This document shows, piece by piece, positions 1-12,735 of a DNA stretch of 64,000 bases; positions within the stretch are counted from its first letter, which is position 1, and every line of letters starts with the position of its first letter. The stretch lies in contig NC_068981.1 in NCBI RefSeq assembly GCF_001194135.2, positions 194,513,689 through 194,577,688 of the forward strand, written 5' to 3'. The translations under genes and the position numbers were made by a program. Below the pieces are notes generated by a model, which did no database searches, was not told the origin of the DNA, and worked only from the letters and a program-made list of their open reading frames with translations. The DNA comes from Octopus bimaculoides (Eukaryota).

Positions 1-604
1 ACTCCAGCTGTCTGCATCAGAACAAAAACACGCATGCAACCACTCACCCGCCCACTCACCCATTCACCCACCCACCCACTCACTCACTCACTAACTCACT
101 CTCATTAACTCACTCACTTACTCTCTTCCTATCCGCTGTTTTTCTTTTTTTGATGATGGTTTCAGGTTCAATCCCTCTGTGCAGCACCTTGTCCAATTGT
201 CTCCTACTCTAACCCTGGGCTAACCAACACCTTGTGAGTGAATTGCATGAATGAAAACTATGTAGAAGCCCATAGTGCATATGTGTGTGTCTCCTTGTCC
301 TGGCATTGCATGACAGTTGTAAATGAGTGTCACTGTCATACAAGCAGTGTCGTTCACTTCCCATATTCTGTCAAAATTATTGCCTTACTCAGAAACAGGT
401 GAGGGTTGGTGACAGGAAGGGCATCCACCTGTAGAAAATATGCTGCAATAAACTTCATCTGATTTATGCAAGTAAGAAAAAGTGGATGCCAAAACAATAT
501 TGATGGCAAATGATGATGATATCTATCCATTCTACTCAACATGTTCATTTGTATATCGGATAATGTTTACATTATGTAAAATATTTTACAAGTTTTACAT
601 TGTG

Positions 605-636
<32 letters not shown>

Positions 637-1409
637 CCACCCACACACTTGTACACGTTTCACCCTATGGCAGAGTGTGTTTCTATTAATTCTGATTATT
701 TCAGTGGACTTTGGTCTTCATAGAAAATATTTCTTCAATAAACTCACTCTCACATTTGCTCGTGTTCCATTCGATACTGGTTTTACCAAAGCTTGAGGAA
801 CAAAAAACAAAGTTGTGCTTGGTGGAAAAATCTGAACTCAAAAATGGATCGGAACACAATTAAATTCTTTAAGGTATCTACCATTATTACTTCCCATTTC
901 TGCTAACTTTGCTATCAAAAATCAAAATAACTTCTCAATCTCCATCTGTTAGGTAATGTTGTTGTTGTTGTTGTTGTTGTTGCTACTGCTGTTTAACTCC
1001 AGGTCATCTTTGATTGAGCCAACTTATGGTTAAAGACATTATAGCTGTGAGCATTCTGTTTGATTGTGTCTGATGTGTCCTTCCTGTATTTAAGACATTA
1101 ACACATGATTTGGGGGAGATTTGGTTAGTATTTTTAGCAGGTCAAGTGACTGTGTAGAGGCTCATTTGTCAACTTGTGTTGTTGTTTAGCTCTAGGTTAG
1201 ACATTATTGAGCAAACTTGATTAAAGGTGCTCCAGCTGAGGCCATCCCATCTTCTTTTTCCTATCATTGTATGTTTGTTTCCTTATGAAGACAGTAGAGT
1301 ATAATTTGAGGGAGATTTGGCTACTGTTTCTAGTAGTCAAACAATCACATAAAGCTTCTATCCATGTCTCATGTAATGTCTAAATGATGGTAAAATCTGA
1401 CAATGGTAA

Positions 1410-1706
1410 CCCTTTTGATGCCGATCCATCTTTGGTCAAGGATGGATGTATTGTTTTGTGCTGATGAAGGGAAATAACCTGGAAATTGCGATACACAGAT
1501 ATTGTTTTGAGCTGAGTGGGGGTGCTAGATTCCCTTGTTCAAAAAATATAAGGACACAGATCATTTCATATAGCCAGCTGGAGACAATGTCTCCTGGGGC
1601 TAAATTACAGCAACATTCGTCCTAAACCAGGACTGCTATGTTATGTTAACAAATAATCTTTACTCTAAATTTAATGTATTTCAACAGAAATATGGTAACA
1701 AAAGGG
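1410..1706 (-). mobile_element. piggyBac-type MITE ends enclosing the hammerhead-bearing module
   Basis: Ends taaCCCTTTTgat and acAAAAGGGttaa match the MITE termini at 17383-17838 and 26045-26265. The interior is replaced by sequence shared with 15566-15642 and 22975-23166. Confidence 0.55.
1455..1499 (+). ncRNA. Type I hammerhead-like motif (third family)
   Basis: UUUGUG-CUGAUGA-AGG(gaaauaa)CCU-G-GAAA-UUGCGA-UA^CACAGA. Stem I is 6 bp; stem III is the wobble palindrome AUUGCGAU; the stem II junction is irregular (extra G). Confidence 0.55.
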
Positions 1707-2075
1707 TTAATTCAAGACTTGTCACCTGTTTCTTATGGTCGGGGTTTAATCTGTTTTCCCCAAAATAGCTTACGTAATATTAATAGAAATCTATATTTAT
1801 AATGATTTTTTAAAAAATCGTTTATTGGAAATATAAATTTTTCATGGAGAGTTTTTAAAAAAAATCTTTTCATCAATATTCCAATATAGAATTTTTGTTG
1901 TTTATTCAGTTATTTAAAAAAGAAAAAGAAGAAAAATGTTTTCAATTTAGAATCAAAAATCAAATTTTAAGGTTGTAACATCTTGTCCTCCATTAATTCT
2001 TTCTGTTTCCTCCTCTCCATCTTCCTCACTATAGTGGAACAGAATAGACCAATGGTTCTCAATCATTTCTTGCTT

Positions 2076-2513
2076 GTGGAGATATTCTGTGCTTGAGAAG
2101 ACCCGGCAAGCCAAGCGAGACCGTAACTGGAGCCTATGCCAGTGCAGTATACCCAGCCCATTTAAGAGTACTCTTCAATCATTGGGCAATAAACTGTGTT
2201 TGAGAAGACCTGTTGAGGCAAGTGAAATCATTGTTGCGGATGATGATAGTACCGCCTAATTGGCACCCGTGCTGGTGGCATGTAAAAAGCACCATTCGAG
2301 CATGGTTGATGCCAGTACCAGCTGACTGGTCCTGTGCCAAAAGCACCCACTACACTCTTGGAGTGGTTGGCGTTAGGAAGGGCATCCAGTTGTAGAAACT
2401 CTGCCAAATCAGATTGGAGCCTGGTGCAGCCATCTGGTTTCACCAGTCCTCAGTCAAATCGTCCAACCCATGCTAGCATGGAAAGCGGACGTTAAACGAC
2501 GATGATGATGATG
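2076..2513 (+). repeat. RTE-derived 3'-tail repeat (representative of about 20 copies)
   Basis: Shared motifs ggagtggttggcgttaggaagggcatccagctgtagaaa and aacccatgccagcatggaaagcggacgttaaac(gat)n. Other approximate copies: 6941-7430(+), 12790-13152(+), 14810-15130(-), 20790-21260(-), 28780-29400(+), 30330-30690(-), 33170-33700(+), 36360-36617(-), 44185-44470(-), 47995-48250(-), 48270-48490(+), 53700-53935(+), 58135-58310(-), 59760-60110(+), 61690-61960(-), 62370-62720(+). Confidence 0.85.
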
Positions 2514-2649
2514 ATTCAGGTCACTGCCTGGAATTTAACTCAGAATCTTGGGGTTAGTAGCCCGCACTCTTAACTGCTATGCCATATGTCTGTGAGCATA
2601 TCCGTCAAATGTAAATAATGTAAATAAAGTGTGCCCCAGTGTACCAGTA

Positions 2650-3013
2650 ATTTGCTGTACGAACCGAGACTCATGCAAATTTTTGTTTTGAAGTACAAGC
2701 GGAAATCCACAGTTCGAGCTCACAAATCGTCCCATCTTTAAAGTAATTCAGTTAATAAAACCAGTTTACATATTTCTTTTGCATTCTCTTTTTTTTTTAC
2801 AATTGTCATTTTACTTGTGTAACTACACCTTTTCTGTTTTAAAACTCATAAAAATTTATTTTTGTGTGATGTTTTGTGGGGGGCCTGGAATGGATTAATT
2901 ATATTTCAGCTAATTTCAAAGGGGAAAATTGATTTGTAAAACGAACAAACCGTGAGACGAGCTCGGCCATGGAACGAATGAAACTCGTACTGCAGTGCTG
3001 CGAGGTATCACTG
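2650..3013. mobile_element. Tigger/pogo-like (Tc1/mariner superfamily) non-autonomous fragment
   Basis: Ends in CGAGGTATCACTG+TA (a CAGTGATACCTCG-type TIR with TA target site). The left TIR was not found. Confidence 0.4.
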
Positions 3014-3284
3014 TATTATATTAAAGACATACATTATGTTCTCATCATTTCTGTCACTGTCTCTCTCTAAATGCTTTCCTCTTTCTTCTTCTCTCTGTGT
3101 GTGCCTGTTGTTAATTAGGTTAGTCTCCTCCACAACACCATAGGGTGAAAAGTTTAATCTATACGTTAATATCTCCACCACCCTGGCTTAATCTGTTATG
3201 GGTAACGGATTAAAATGTTTGTCAAGGTGAGAACTAAAAGCTAGACAGTTCACTCTGTCAATGTGTGTGTTTTATTATTATTAC

Positions 3285-3315
<31 letters not shown>

Positions 3316-5012
3316 GTTATTATTATTAATATTGTTATTTCTTAATCTAGTCACTCTTGTCATTAAATCTTCTTCTTAATAAACAGATTACATAGATATA
3401 TTCTGAAAAACAAAAACAATTACCATTCACAGTTTTATCTGACACGATACCACCATTACCTTCAGTGCATTTGTACTGGGAGTGTGGAGGGGTGGGGATG
3501 GATATGTCTAATTCCATAATAAACTAGCTCTGGTAACTGGATGTGGAGGGCAAAGAGCAGAGACATTTAATTCTGTGATTTTATGAACCTCGTTGTAATA
3601 ATATACATCATTTAGTTCACATCCTACTTTTCATGTACATTGAATATTTCAGTTTGAACATGAATGATCGTGTGGTTGCTTACAGATTGCCAACAGACCA
3701 ATCGCTGGTCAGCATTATTTCTCATGACCCAATCGCTGGTCGACACTATTTCCTGTGGACCAATCACTGGTCAGCATAAAGTCCAATGGCAAGAGTGAGA
3801 ATGGTGTCTTTGTAACTTGGACAGAATAAATGCATCTTTTTTTTTCCTTTTTCTTTCTTTTTCTTTTTTTTTTGTATCCCAAACAAGGCTGGAGGCAATT
3901 ATAGTGTAAGGGACCACAAAGAAGGAAAAGAAGGGGGCCTACAATTTCCGAAGATGTCAATAGACAGAAAGCTTAAAAGACTGAATATCACAGACCAGAG
4001 GAAAACAAAAAGATGACCATGGGTTGTAGAGAGCAGCAGTTTGAAGAAAGATGCTGTTAGAATAAAAGGACTTTTGACTATGTTTAAAGGTGTTGGGAGA
4101 GGGTAGCAGACCAAAAATGTTCATCAGAGCAATGGACCTGGAAATATTTACAGATGCAATGGAGATAAATTTCGACAACAAAAGACTGAAACCAATTAGA
4201 AAGGACTGGACTCACCATTGTTAACTTGATTATGAATTTGATGAAACAAATAAAGGCACTTAAAGAAGGCACCAGCCCAAAGATGGTGGCAACATGTAAT
4301 GTATGGCCAAGCAGTGGCCTTATAGAGATACAATTTACTTTCAAGTGCAAGAAATTTGTGAGCACAGTTGTAAGATTCTACCTTCTTGGAACAAATATGT
4401 TCAGTCCAATGCCATATTGTCTGCCAAGAGAAATTCTTCGTCAAAGATAAGACAAGGAGTTGGCTTCAAACTAACACTCCAATTTCCCACCAATATCTTG
4501 ACACTTAAGAACCTTAAGAACCTTTTGTTAGGTTCCAGCTGCCAAATTAACGATAGCAGTTATTTTATTAAATCTCTCTAAATCTTTGATTATTTTCAAA
4601 AATATTTTAAGCCTACAAATTATTTTTCATTAACACCATGGTTACCAAAGGGTTAAGAATGGTAATCTGTATTTTACTTTGGATCTATCTATGCTTGATA
4701 TCTTATCTAAAATGTCATGTTGTACATTGAACTTAACATAGGCAAGAATTTTGGGTCTATTGTTTCATAATTATAGTATCCTCACTTCCACCACTTGGAA
4801 CCCAACAAAACAGCTTCAGATTTGGACACAAGTGTTTATTTCTTCATATTTATTAATCATAAAGTATTAAGATTAACTGCATTGTTTCAGATTATCCCAG
4901 ATTGTCTTGGTTTTGTTAAATTGCCTCTGATAAACCTAAATTTTCTTTGATTATCTCAGGTTGTCTCAAACTCTTCTAGATTGTCTCAGATTAAAAAGTT
5001 TGTCTTGGATTA

Positions 5013-5750
5013 TCAAAGAAGTACAAATCTCTTATCACCTTCAGAGTAGGATCCTCTGACTTCAATGGACTTATTGCAATATTCCACCCACTTTGTGAAG
5101 GCCCCGTGGAAGTCTTGGACACCTAGGATCCTTGTCACAGCCTCTGTCATATTCTCTTTCAGCTTTGGGAACAACATAACATGGAATTGGGAATTGGTGA
5201 ATTGTCCTGGTGCAGAGGCTCTGGCCTTTTGCAACAAAATCTCTTCCTGAACTCTCTCAAAATCTCCACAAAGTACTCTTTGTTAATCATCAGGCCAGAG
5301 GGAACCCAGTAGATATAGGTGGTGCCCTTTCTTTAGAAAATGGGGATCGTCATGAGCTTCCTGGTGGACCTGCTTTGCTTGGACTCTTGTGCCAGTGGAA
5401 AACAGATACTTGGTTCATACAAGTTAATCCATAAGACATCTGGGGCATTTCATAAATTCCTGTAGCATTTTCCCTCAGATTAACACAAAACCTTATTGCA
5501 TGGTGAGCTTCTAAATTGTCTTTAGGCCCCAATTGCGCTCCGCAAACTAGTCAGCTGTGGTAAGTAGTTTTTAGTAGGGTGTGTTCAAAGTACTGTTACA
5601 GACGTTTCCTTCAATTTAGAATCACAGAAGTTGGCAGGTCAGCTTATTAGATGTATGGTAACAATATACTAAAATTACGATAATCTAGTTATAACTGCTT
5701 CTCTCCTAAAAAAAAAAGTTCTTGAAACTCCTGGAATGAACCATGTACAC
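5013..5750 (-). mobile_element. Decayed mariner-type transposase
   Basis: Minus-strand fragments AIRFCVNLRENATGIYEM..SYGLTCMNQVSVFHWHK (HTH N-terminus) and LFPKLKE..EAVTRIL..QDFHGAFTKW..CNKSIEVRGSYSEGD (C-terminus), with deletions and frameshifts. Confidence 0.8.
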
Positions 5751-7672
5751 ATGTGTTCACACCCATGTGTATTTCCCACACATATCTAAGTATCTCTTTC
5801 TCTGTCTATCTCTCTCTATTTCCCTCTATCTATATATATTCTGTCTGTCTGTTTGTCTCTATATATCAGTATATTAGGGTGGGGAGCTGGCAGAAACGTT
5901 AGCACGGCGGGCGAAATGCTTAGCGGTATTTCATCTGCCGTTACGTTCTGAGTTCAAATTCCGCCAAGCTCAACTTTGCCTTTCATCCTTTCGGGGGCAA
6001 TTAAATAAGTACCAGTTACACACTGAGGTTGATGTAATCGACTTAATCCCTTTGTCTGTCTTTGTTTGTCCCCTCTATGTTTAGCCCCTTGTGGGCAATA
6101 AAGAAATATATATATCAGTGTGTCTTTCTCTTTCTATACCTCTCTTTATATACTCTCTCTCCCCCCTCTCTCTATCCATACACACACACATTTCTCTCTC
6201 TCAATCTATCTCTGTCTTGTTCTCTTTTTCTGTGCACACACACACACACACAAGTACACCTAATAAAATGTGTTCGTTAAAATGACAGTAATTATCTCAA
6301 TATTTACTCCCCTCTTCTACCTCCAACAGCTACCAATACCCCAATGCCGAAATAACAGAAAAATTAATATTCTAAAAGCAATCAGTCTCTTATTTCTTTA
6401 ATTGAATCACTCTCTGCAATAAATAATTAAGTTTGTCTTCTCTTTTCAGTCATTAGTCAATCATTCCTGCCAATTAGTTTCATTTTTCTTTTGTCTTGGA
6501 AGCAATTTTGTTGTTTAGTTTCAGATCAACAGTGATCGTACGTACCTATAATCGAAGACATTCCAGCTGTGACCATCCTGTTTATTTTTTTTGTTTTTGT
6601 TTTATCTCTTATTACATTGTCATAAATAAACTAAAAATATAGCAGAAGACACTTGCCCAGTTGCTGCCTAGTGGGACTGAACCTGAGACTCCCCTGGTTG
6701 AAAAGCAAGCTTCTTAACCACACAGCCATAATTGTCTTCTTTATTTCCCTTTTTAAGATGGTAGGTTTTGTGATATGAAGGGAAGAATTGAGGAAAGTGT
6801 TGACCTACAAAGGATCTACTCAGTTTCTGCAAACAGAAAAATCAATGTAAAAATGATGATGGTAGTTGTGATTGAGGTTGAGGTGTATAATATTTAAATT
6901 TAGGTCTCTGTTGCCCATTTTGTATATATATGCTGTACTTGAGAAGGCCCAGCAAGCCAAGTGAGATTGTAGCCGTGGCCGATGCCAGTGTCATATAACT
7001 GGCCCATTTAAAAGTACCCTTCAATCATCGGGCTATATGCCGAAGTTGTGAAGACCTGTTGAACCAAGTGAAATTGTAGTCATGGCCGATGCTGGTGTCA
7101 CCTGACTGGCACCCATGCCAGTGGCATGTAAAAAGCACCATTTGAGCATGACTAATGTCAGTGCTGCCTGACTGGTACCTGTGCTGGTGGCACATAAAAA
7201 ACAACATTCTAGTGTGGTCATTGCCAGTGCCACCCGACTGGCTCCTGTGTCTGTGGCATGTAAAAACCACCCCCTACACTCTTGAAGTGGTTGGCTTTAG
7301 GAAGGGCATCCAGCTGTAGAAACATTGCCAGATCGGATTGGAGTCTGGTGCAGCCTCCTGGCTTGCCAGTCCTCAGTTAAACCGTCCGACCCATGCCAGC
7401 ATGGAAAGTGGACGTTAAACGATGATGATTAATGTTTTTAATAACAAACCACCTGAGTCCACCCCTACCCCCAGCTTTATAATGCAAATTTCTTGTTCTA
7501 AATTAAAATTGTGTTCCATCAAAATTTGTTCGTTTGTGTTCCAAACACCAGCTTAATAACGACAGAGTTATTTTATTAAAGTCTTCGTTATCTTCAAAAT
7601 TAATTAATATAAAGGCAACAGAACCACGGTGACAAAATAGTTAAAATGTTGTTATATTCCTCTTACAGAGAC

Positions 7673-7831
7673 ATGACAGTCACATGTAACCAGCTGGTGC
7701 AGGAATTCATGTCTGGAATTCTTCGGATTACCAATGATGCTAATGAAGATGATGTGGAAGAATTACAGAATTACCTCCTCAAAGGTCAAGGGGTCTATTT
7801 GCTAAAGGTCATTCACAAAATTGGAGTAAAG
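7673..7831 (+). CDS. LYST: LYST coding exon 1 (start codon; exon begins at 7669 after an acceptor)
   Basis: tcttacag|AGACATG, donor AAG|gtaagc; 159 nt, ends phase 0. MTVTCNQLVQEFMSGILRITN...LQNYLLKGQGVYLLKVIHKIGVK resembles the recalled vertebrate LYST N-terminus (MSTDSNSLAREFL...LGQYLVHGRGFLLL). Confidence 0.88.
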
Positions 7832-8299
7832 GTAAGCTGTTTTTAATTTGTTTCATTTGTTCCATGTAAAAAGCAAAAGTGATGATGTCACATAAAAAGC
7901 ATCCAATACAGAGCGGGGCCATAGCTGAAAGGAGGGGGTGGTTGAAGTTTGAAAAAAGGGGCCAGAACGACAGGTTTCTTACTGTAGGAGAGCTACATGG
8001 TTATGCATGTTACAGAAGGGAGGGTAGGAGTGGCCAGGGTGGACCACCAGGGTTGGGAACCACTGCTCTATGCCATTAACCTCGCAAGTGGCACAAAGCC
8101 ACACCCCTCAATACTATTTCTCCCACCTTCCCAATCGAGTGGTTCTTGTCTTACAAGGTACTTGGTGATCCTGCTGGTGCCACATAAAAAGCACTGGTGC
8201 TGGTGCCATGTAAAAAGTACTCTGTAGATTTGGTAAAGTAGTTGACATTAAGAAGGGCTTCCAGTTGTAAAGACCATGCTAAAACAGACTGGAACCTGG

Positions 8300-9085
8300 T
8301 ACAGCTCCCGGCCTTGCCATCTCCCGGCCTTGCCATCTCCCGGCCTTGCCATCTCCCGGCCTTGGCATCTCCCGGCCTTGCCAGCTNNNNNNNNNNNNNN
8401 NNNNNNNNNNNNNNNNNNNNNNNNNNNNNNNNNNNNNNNNNNNNNNNNNNNNNNNNNNNNNNNNNNNNNNNNNNNNNNNNNNNNNNNNNNNNNNNNNNNN
8501 NNNNNNNNNNNNNNNNNNNNNNNNNNNNNNNNNNNNNNNNNNNNNNNNNNNNNNNNNNNNNNNNNNNNNNNNNNNNNNNNNNNNNNNNNNNNNNNNNNNN
8601 NNNNNNNNNNNNNNNNNNNNNNNNNNNNNNNNNNNNNNNNNNNNNNNNNNNNNNNNNNNNNNNNNNNNNNNNNNNNNNNNNNNNNNNNNNNNNNNNNNNN
8701 NNNNNNNNNNNNNNNNNNNNNNNNNNNNNNNNNNNNNNNNNNNNNNNNNNNNNNNNNNNNNNNNNNNNNNNNNNNNNNNNNNNNNNNNNNNNNNNNNNNN
8801 NNNNNNNNNNNNNNNNNNNNNNNNNNNNNNNNNNNNNNNNNNNNNNNNNNNNNNNNNNNNNNNNNNNNNNNNNNNNNNNNNNNNNNNNNNNNNNNNNNNN
8901 NNNNNNNNNNNNNNNNNNNNNNNNNNNNNNNNNNNNNNNNNNNNNNNNNNNNNNNNNNNNNNNNNNNNNNNNNNNNNNNNNNNNNNNNNNNNNNNNNNNN
9001 NNNNNGGAACCTGGTACAGCTCCCGGCCTTGCCATCTCCCGGCCTTGCCATCTCCCGGCCTTGCCAGCTCCCGGCCTTGCCAGCT
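8300..9085. repeat. 16-bp minisatellite (ctcccggccttgcca[t/g]) spanning an N gap
   Basis: At least 5 units before and 4 after the gap 8387-9005; embedded in an RTE-tail repeat. Confidence 0.85.
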
Positions 9086-10022
9086 CTTGTCAAACTTTTC
9101 TACTCTAACTCTGGGCAACAGGGCCAGTTGATTAGATCAACCCCAGTACGCAACTGGTACTTAATTTATCGACCCCGAAAGGATGAAAGGCAAAGTTGAC
9201 TTCAGTGGATTTTGAACTCAGAATGTAAAGACAGATGAAATACCACTAAGCATTTCGCCCGGCATGCTAACGTTTCTGCCAGCTCGCCGCCTTTACTGTT
9301 TCTGTCCAACCCATGCCAGCATCGGAAACAAACGTTAAATGATGATTATGATCCTGGATATATCATCTCTAAATAGTAAAAACTGATATAAATGTTGGTC
9401 GGTCAGTTGGTTGGTTGGTTGGTTCCTCCAGTCACACTTTACATTGCATAGAGAGGCGGAGAGAAAGAGACTAAAAGAGGGATGCATTGAGAGTTAACTT
9501 AACATAAGAGGTGCAGGACGAGTGGTGCAAATCCATGGTTTGATGGCAGGCAATGAGTAAAGGAATGCAATAGACACACAGTGAGAGAGAGAGAGCTTCA
9601 TTGAGATAGAGGAAAATGAAGAGAGAGAGAGTAAATGATAGTGTAGTTGAGATACAAACGAGAAATTCGTTTTATTTAATTTTGTTTTAAGATAACGAAA
9701 AAATTTTCTTTTGAAAATGATATTCATTTCATCATTTTATATAATTACCAACAAATTTGATAAAACGAAATTAAAGTTACTATATGTACGTCATATTTCT
9801 TGATATTATTCATTATGGCAAAAGTATAGTTCCAAACTTACCTGTCTGTGAAAGAGGAAGACCAAAGAAGAGCTGGGAAGTTGTGAAGGCTTGTTTTGCC
9901 AGACTGGGTCCCATGAACAATTAAGTGGTGAAAGAGTGTAGTGGAAAACTCAAACAGCCCATTTTGCTTGGGAATACAAACATACAGTGATCATGATGAT
10001 GTCTTTGTTATGCACCAAGTTA

Positions 10023-10594
<572 letters not shown>

Positions 10595-11649
10595 CGGTGT
10601 GAACGTATTTTTATAGGGCGCTGTATTTTACAATCCTGTAAATAATAATATTGGTATTTTTATATAAGCTTAAAGCTTATGGCGGTCACCGTGCAATGAC
10701 TAAGGAAAATAGTCTAATGACGGGGCATATAAGCCCTCGACAGAAAAAAGAAGGCTTATGCCTCGCCATATGAGTTAATTCATTCCCAGTGAACGCTTTT
10801 AAAGGGAAAACTCAAACAGAAAATAAAGCTCGTAAAAACTCGTAAACCCAGGGTCTCATAAATTGGGTCCTTGTACAGTGAGGTATTACTGTATGTATAT
10901 ATGTGTGTGTGTGTGTGTGGTGCTCCATTTTGATTATTTTCTGTTTCTGAATGCAACAATCTCATTAAGGTGTAATATTATAATGTCGACAATTCTCTGG
11001 CATCGTTAGACACTGCTGATTGGAAAACTACTACGTTAACACCTTTCTCCCTCCGTTTCTAAGTGATGGTCATCAAATTAGTTCAATACCCATCTGATTG
11101 ATATCTATCAATTAGTAGATATTTGACTTCAATCAAAGTCACTTTAGATACTTACTGTCGACACTAATCTGTTCAGCTTATGCTGTCCAAGTTATTTACA
11201 TAACGAGCGCATTGTATTTTAATTGCTTTTTAATTAGGAGTACTAAGGAGATTACCATTTTCTTCTCAATGTTTGGAATTTTAAACATTCTTCATACTTA
11301 CAAATTAAGTCAATTCACCGTTTGTCTGTAGACTCTGTGTGCTTAGTCACTGAGCCATGCGTGTGCAGGCAAGGCTGTGTGGGTAAGAAGTTTTGCTTCA
11401 CAACCACCTGGTTCTAGGTTCAGTCTCATTGCATGGCACCTTGGGAAATCTTTTATTACAGCCTCATGCTGACCAATGCCTTGTGAGTGAATTTGGTAGA
11501 CAAGATGGCAAACTGGCAGAGTTGTTTGGATGCTGGGAAAAATACTTAGTGGTATGTTGTCTGTCTTGATGTTCTAAGTTCAAATTTCATTGAGATTGAC
11601 TTTGCCTTTCACCCTTTCAAAGTTGATGAAATAAGAACCGGTATAGACG

Positions 11650-11995
11650 CAAGTGTGGCTGTGTGGTAAGAAGCTTGCTTCCCAACCACATGGTTCCGGG
11701 TTCAGTCCCACTGCGTGACACTTTGGGCAAATGTCCTCTACTACAGCCTCGGGACGACCAAAGCCTTGTGAGTGGATTTGGTTGTGTGTGTGTGTGTCTG
11801 TGTTTGTTCCCCCACCATCACTTGGCAACTGGTGTTGGTATGTTTACATCTCTGAAACTTAGTGGTTCGGCAAAAGAGACCGATAGAATAAGTGCTAATC
11901 TTACAAAGAATAAGTTCTGGGGTCGATTTGTTTGACTAAAGGTGGTGCTCCAGCATGGCCACTGTCAGATGACTGAAACAAGTAAAAGAATAACA
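11650..11995 (+). repeat. tRNA-head/CORE-type SINE with internal (TA)n(TG)n slot (representative; OR1/OR2-like)
   Basis: gtggctgtgtggtaag..ggttcagtcccactgcgtggcaccttgggcaagtgtc head and core, then microsatellite, then a gatagaataagt..gaaacaagtaaaaga tail. Other approximate copies: 165-480, 16560-17175(-), 18860-19225, 26755-27130(-), 33868-34005(-), 39487-40106 (x3), 45440-45835(-), 48525-48910, 48985-49370(-), 58435-58605(-), 61185-61470. Confidence 0.8.
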
Positions 11996-12069
11996 CTGGT
12001 GTCGTTGTAATTGACTTACCCCCTTTCCCCCCAAAATTGCTGGCCTTGTGCCAAGGATCTAAGCCACTA

Positions 12070-12735
12070 TTTGCTTTCCATTCTGGCACGGCATTAACCG
12101 ATGTAGACCATGCCGAGGATTTTGCCTTGCTCTCTGACACAATATCAAACCCCACCCGATTACTTCGTAGTCTAGAATTAGTTACGTATGATACTGGATT
12201 ACCTGGTAATCCAAGTAAAACCAAGATCATTGCTCACAGTCAACAAGTATCCTTCACCAACATCAGCAGAGACCCCTGTCAATGAAGTTGATGATTTCAG
12301 GTACTTTAGTTCTGAAACAGTCTCAACTGAAAAGGATGTAAAAAACTCAGACAGCCAAAGCATGGTCGGCCCCAAACAAACTGGATGTGGTCTAGAAATC
12401 AACCCTGTCAAACAACTTTATCCATGGAAGAGTAGAATCGGTCTTTTTATATGGAGTACAACCTGGATGCTTATCAAAAAACTAGAATCCAAGCAATGTG
12501 AACTTACACCTGAATATTAAGAACGGTTTTAAACATATCTTGAAGAACTCATCCCACCAGGAAATAGCAGTGTGGAGATCTCCTTTCTATTTCCAGTATC
12601 ATAAGGGAAAAGCACTGGTGAGCTAAACCAGAGCTGGCGAGTGGCCTACTGTTGTGGATGTCAAAGCATGGCTGTATTTGTGCTGGTTGTCCAAACACAA
12701 CATAGTGTCTCACCAGAGACACTGGACGCCTTCCC
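12070..12735 (+). mobile_element. Decayed RTE-clade LINE reverse transcriptase fragment
   Basis: LTDVDHAEDFALLSDTIS (degenerate FADD motif), SKTK, VDDFRYFSS..STEKDVK; frameshifted. Confidence 0.78.

Noticed and set aside
10696-10743. Type III hammerhead-like fold (ACTA/TAGT stem, CTAATGA, GGGGC/GCCCT stem, GACA)
   Set aside because: Three core defects (G5A, GACA instead of GAAA, G at the cleavage position) and no clear stem III.
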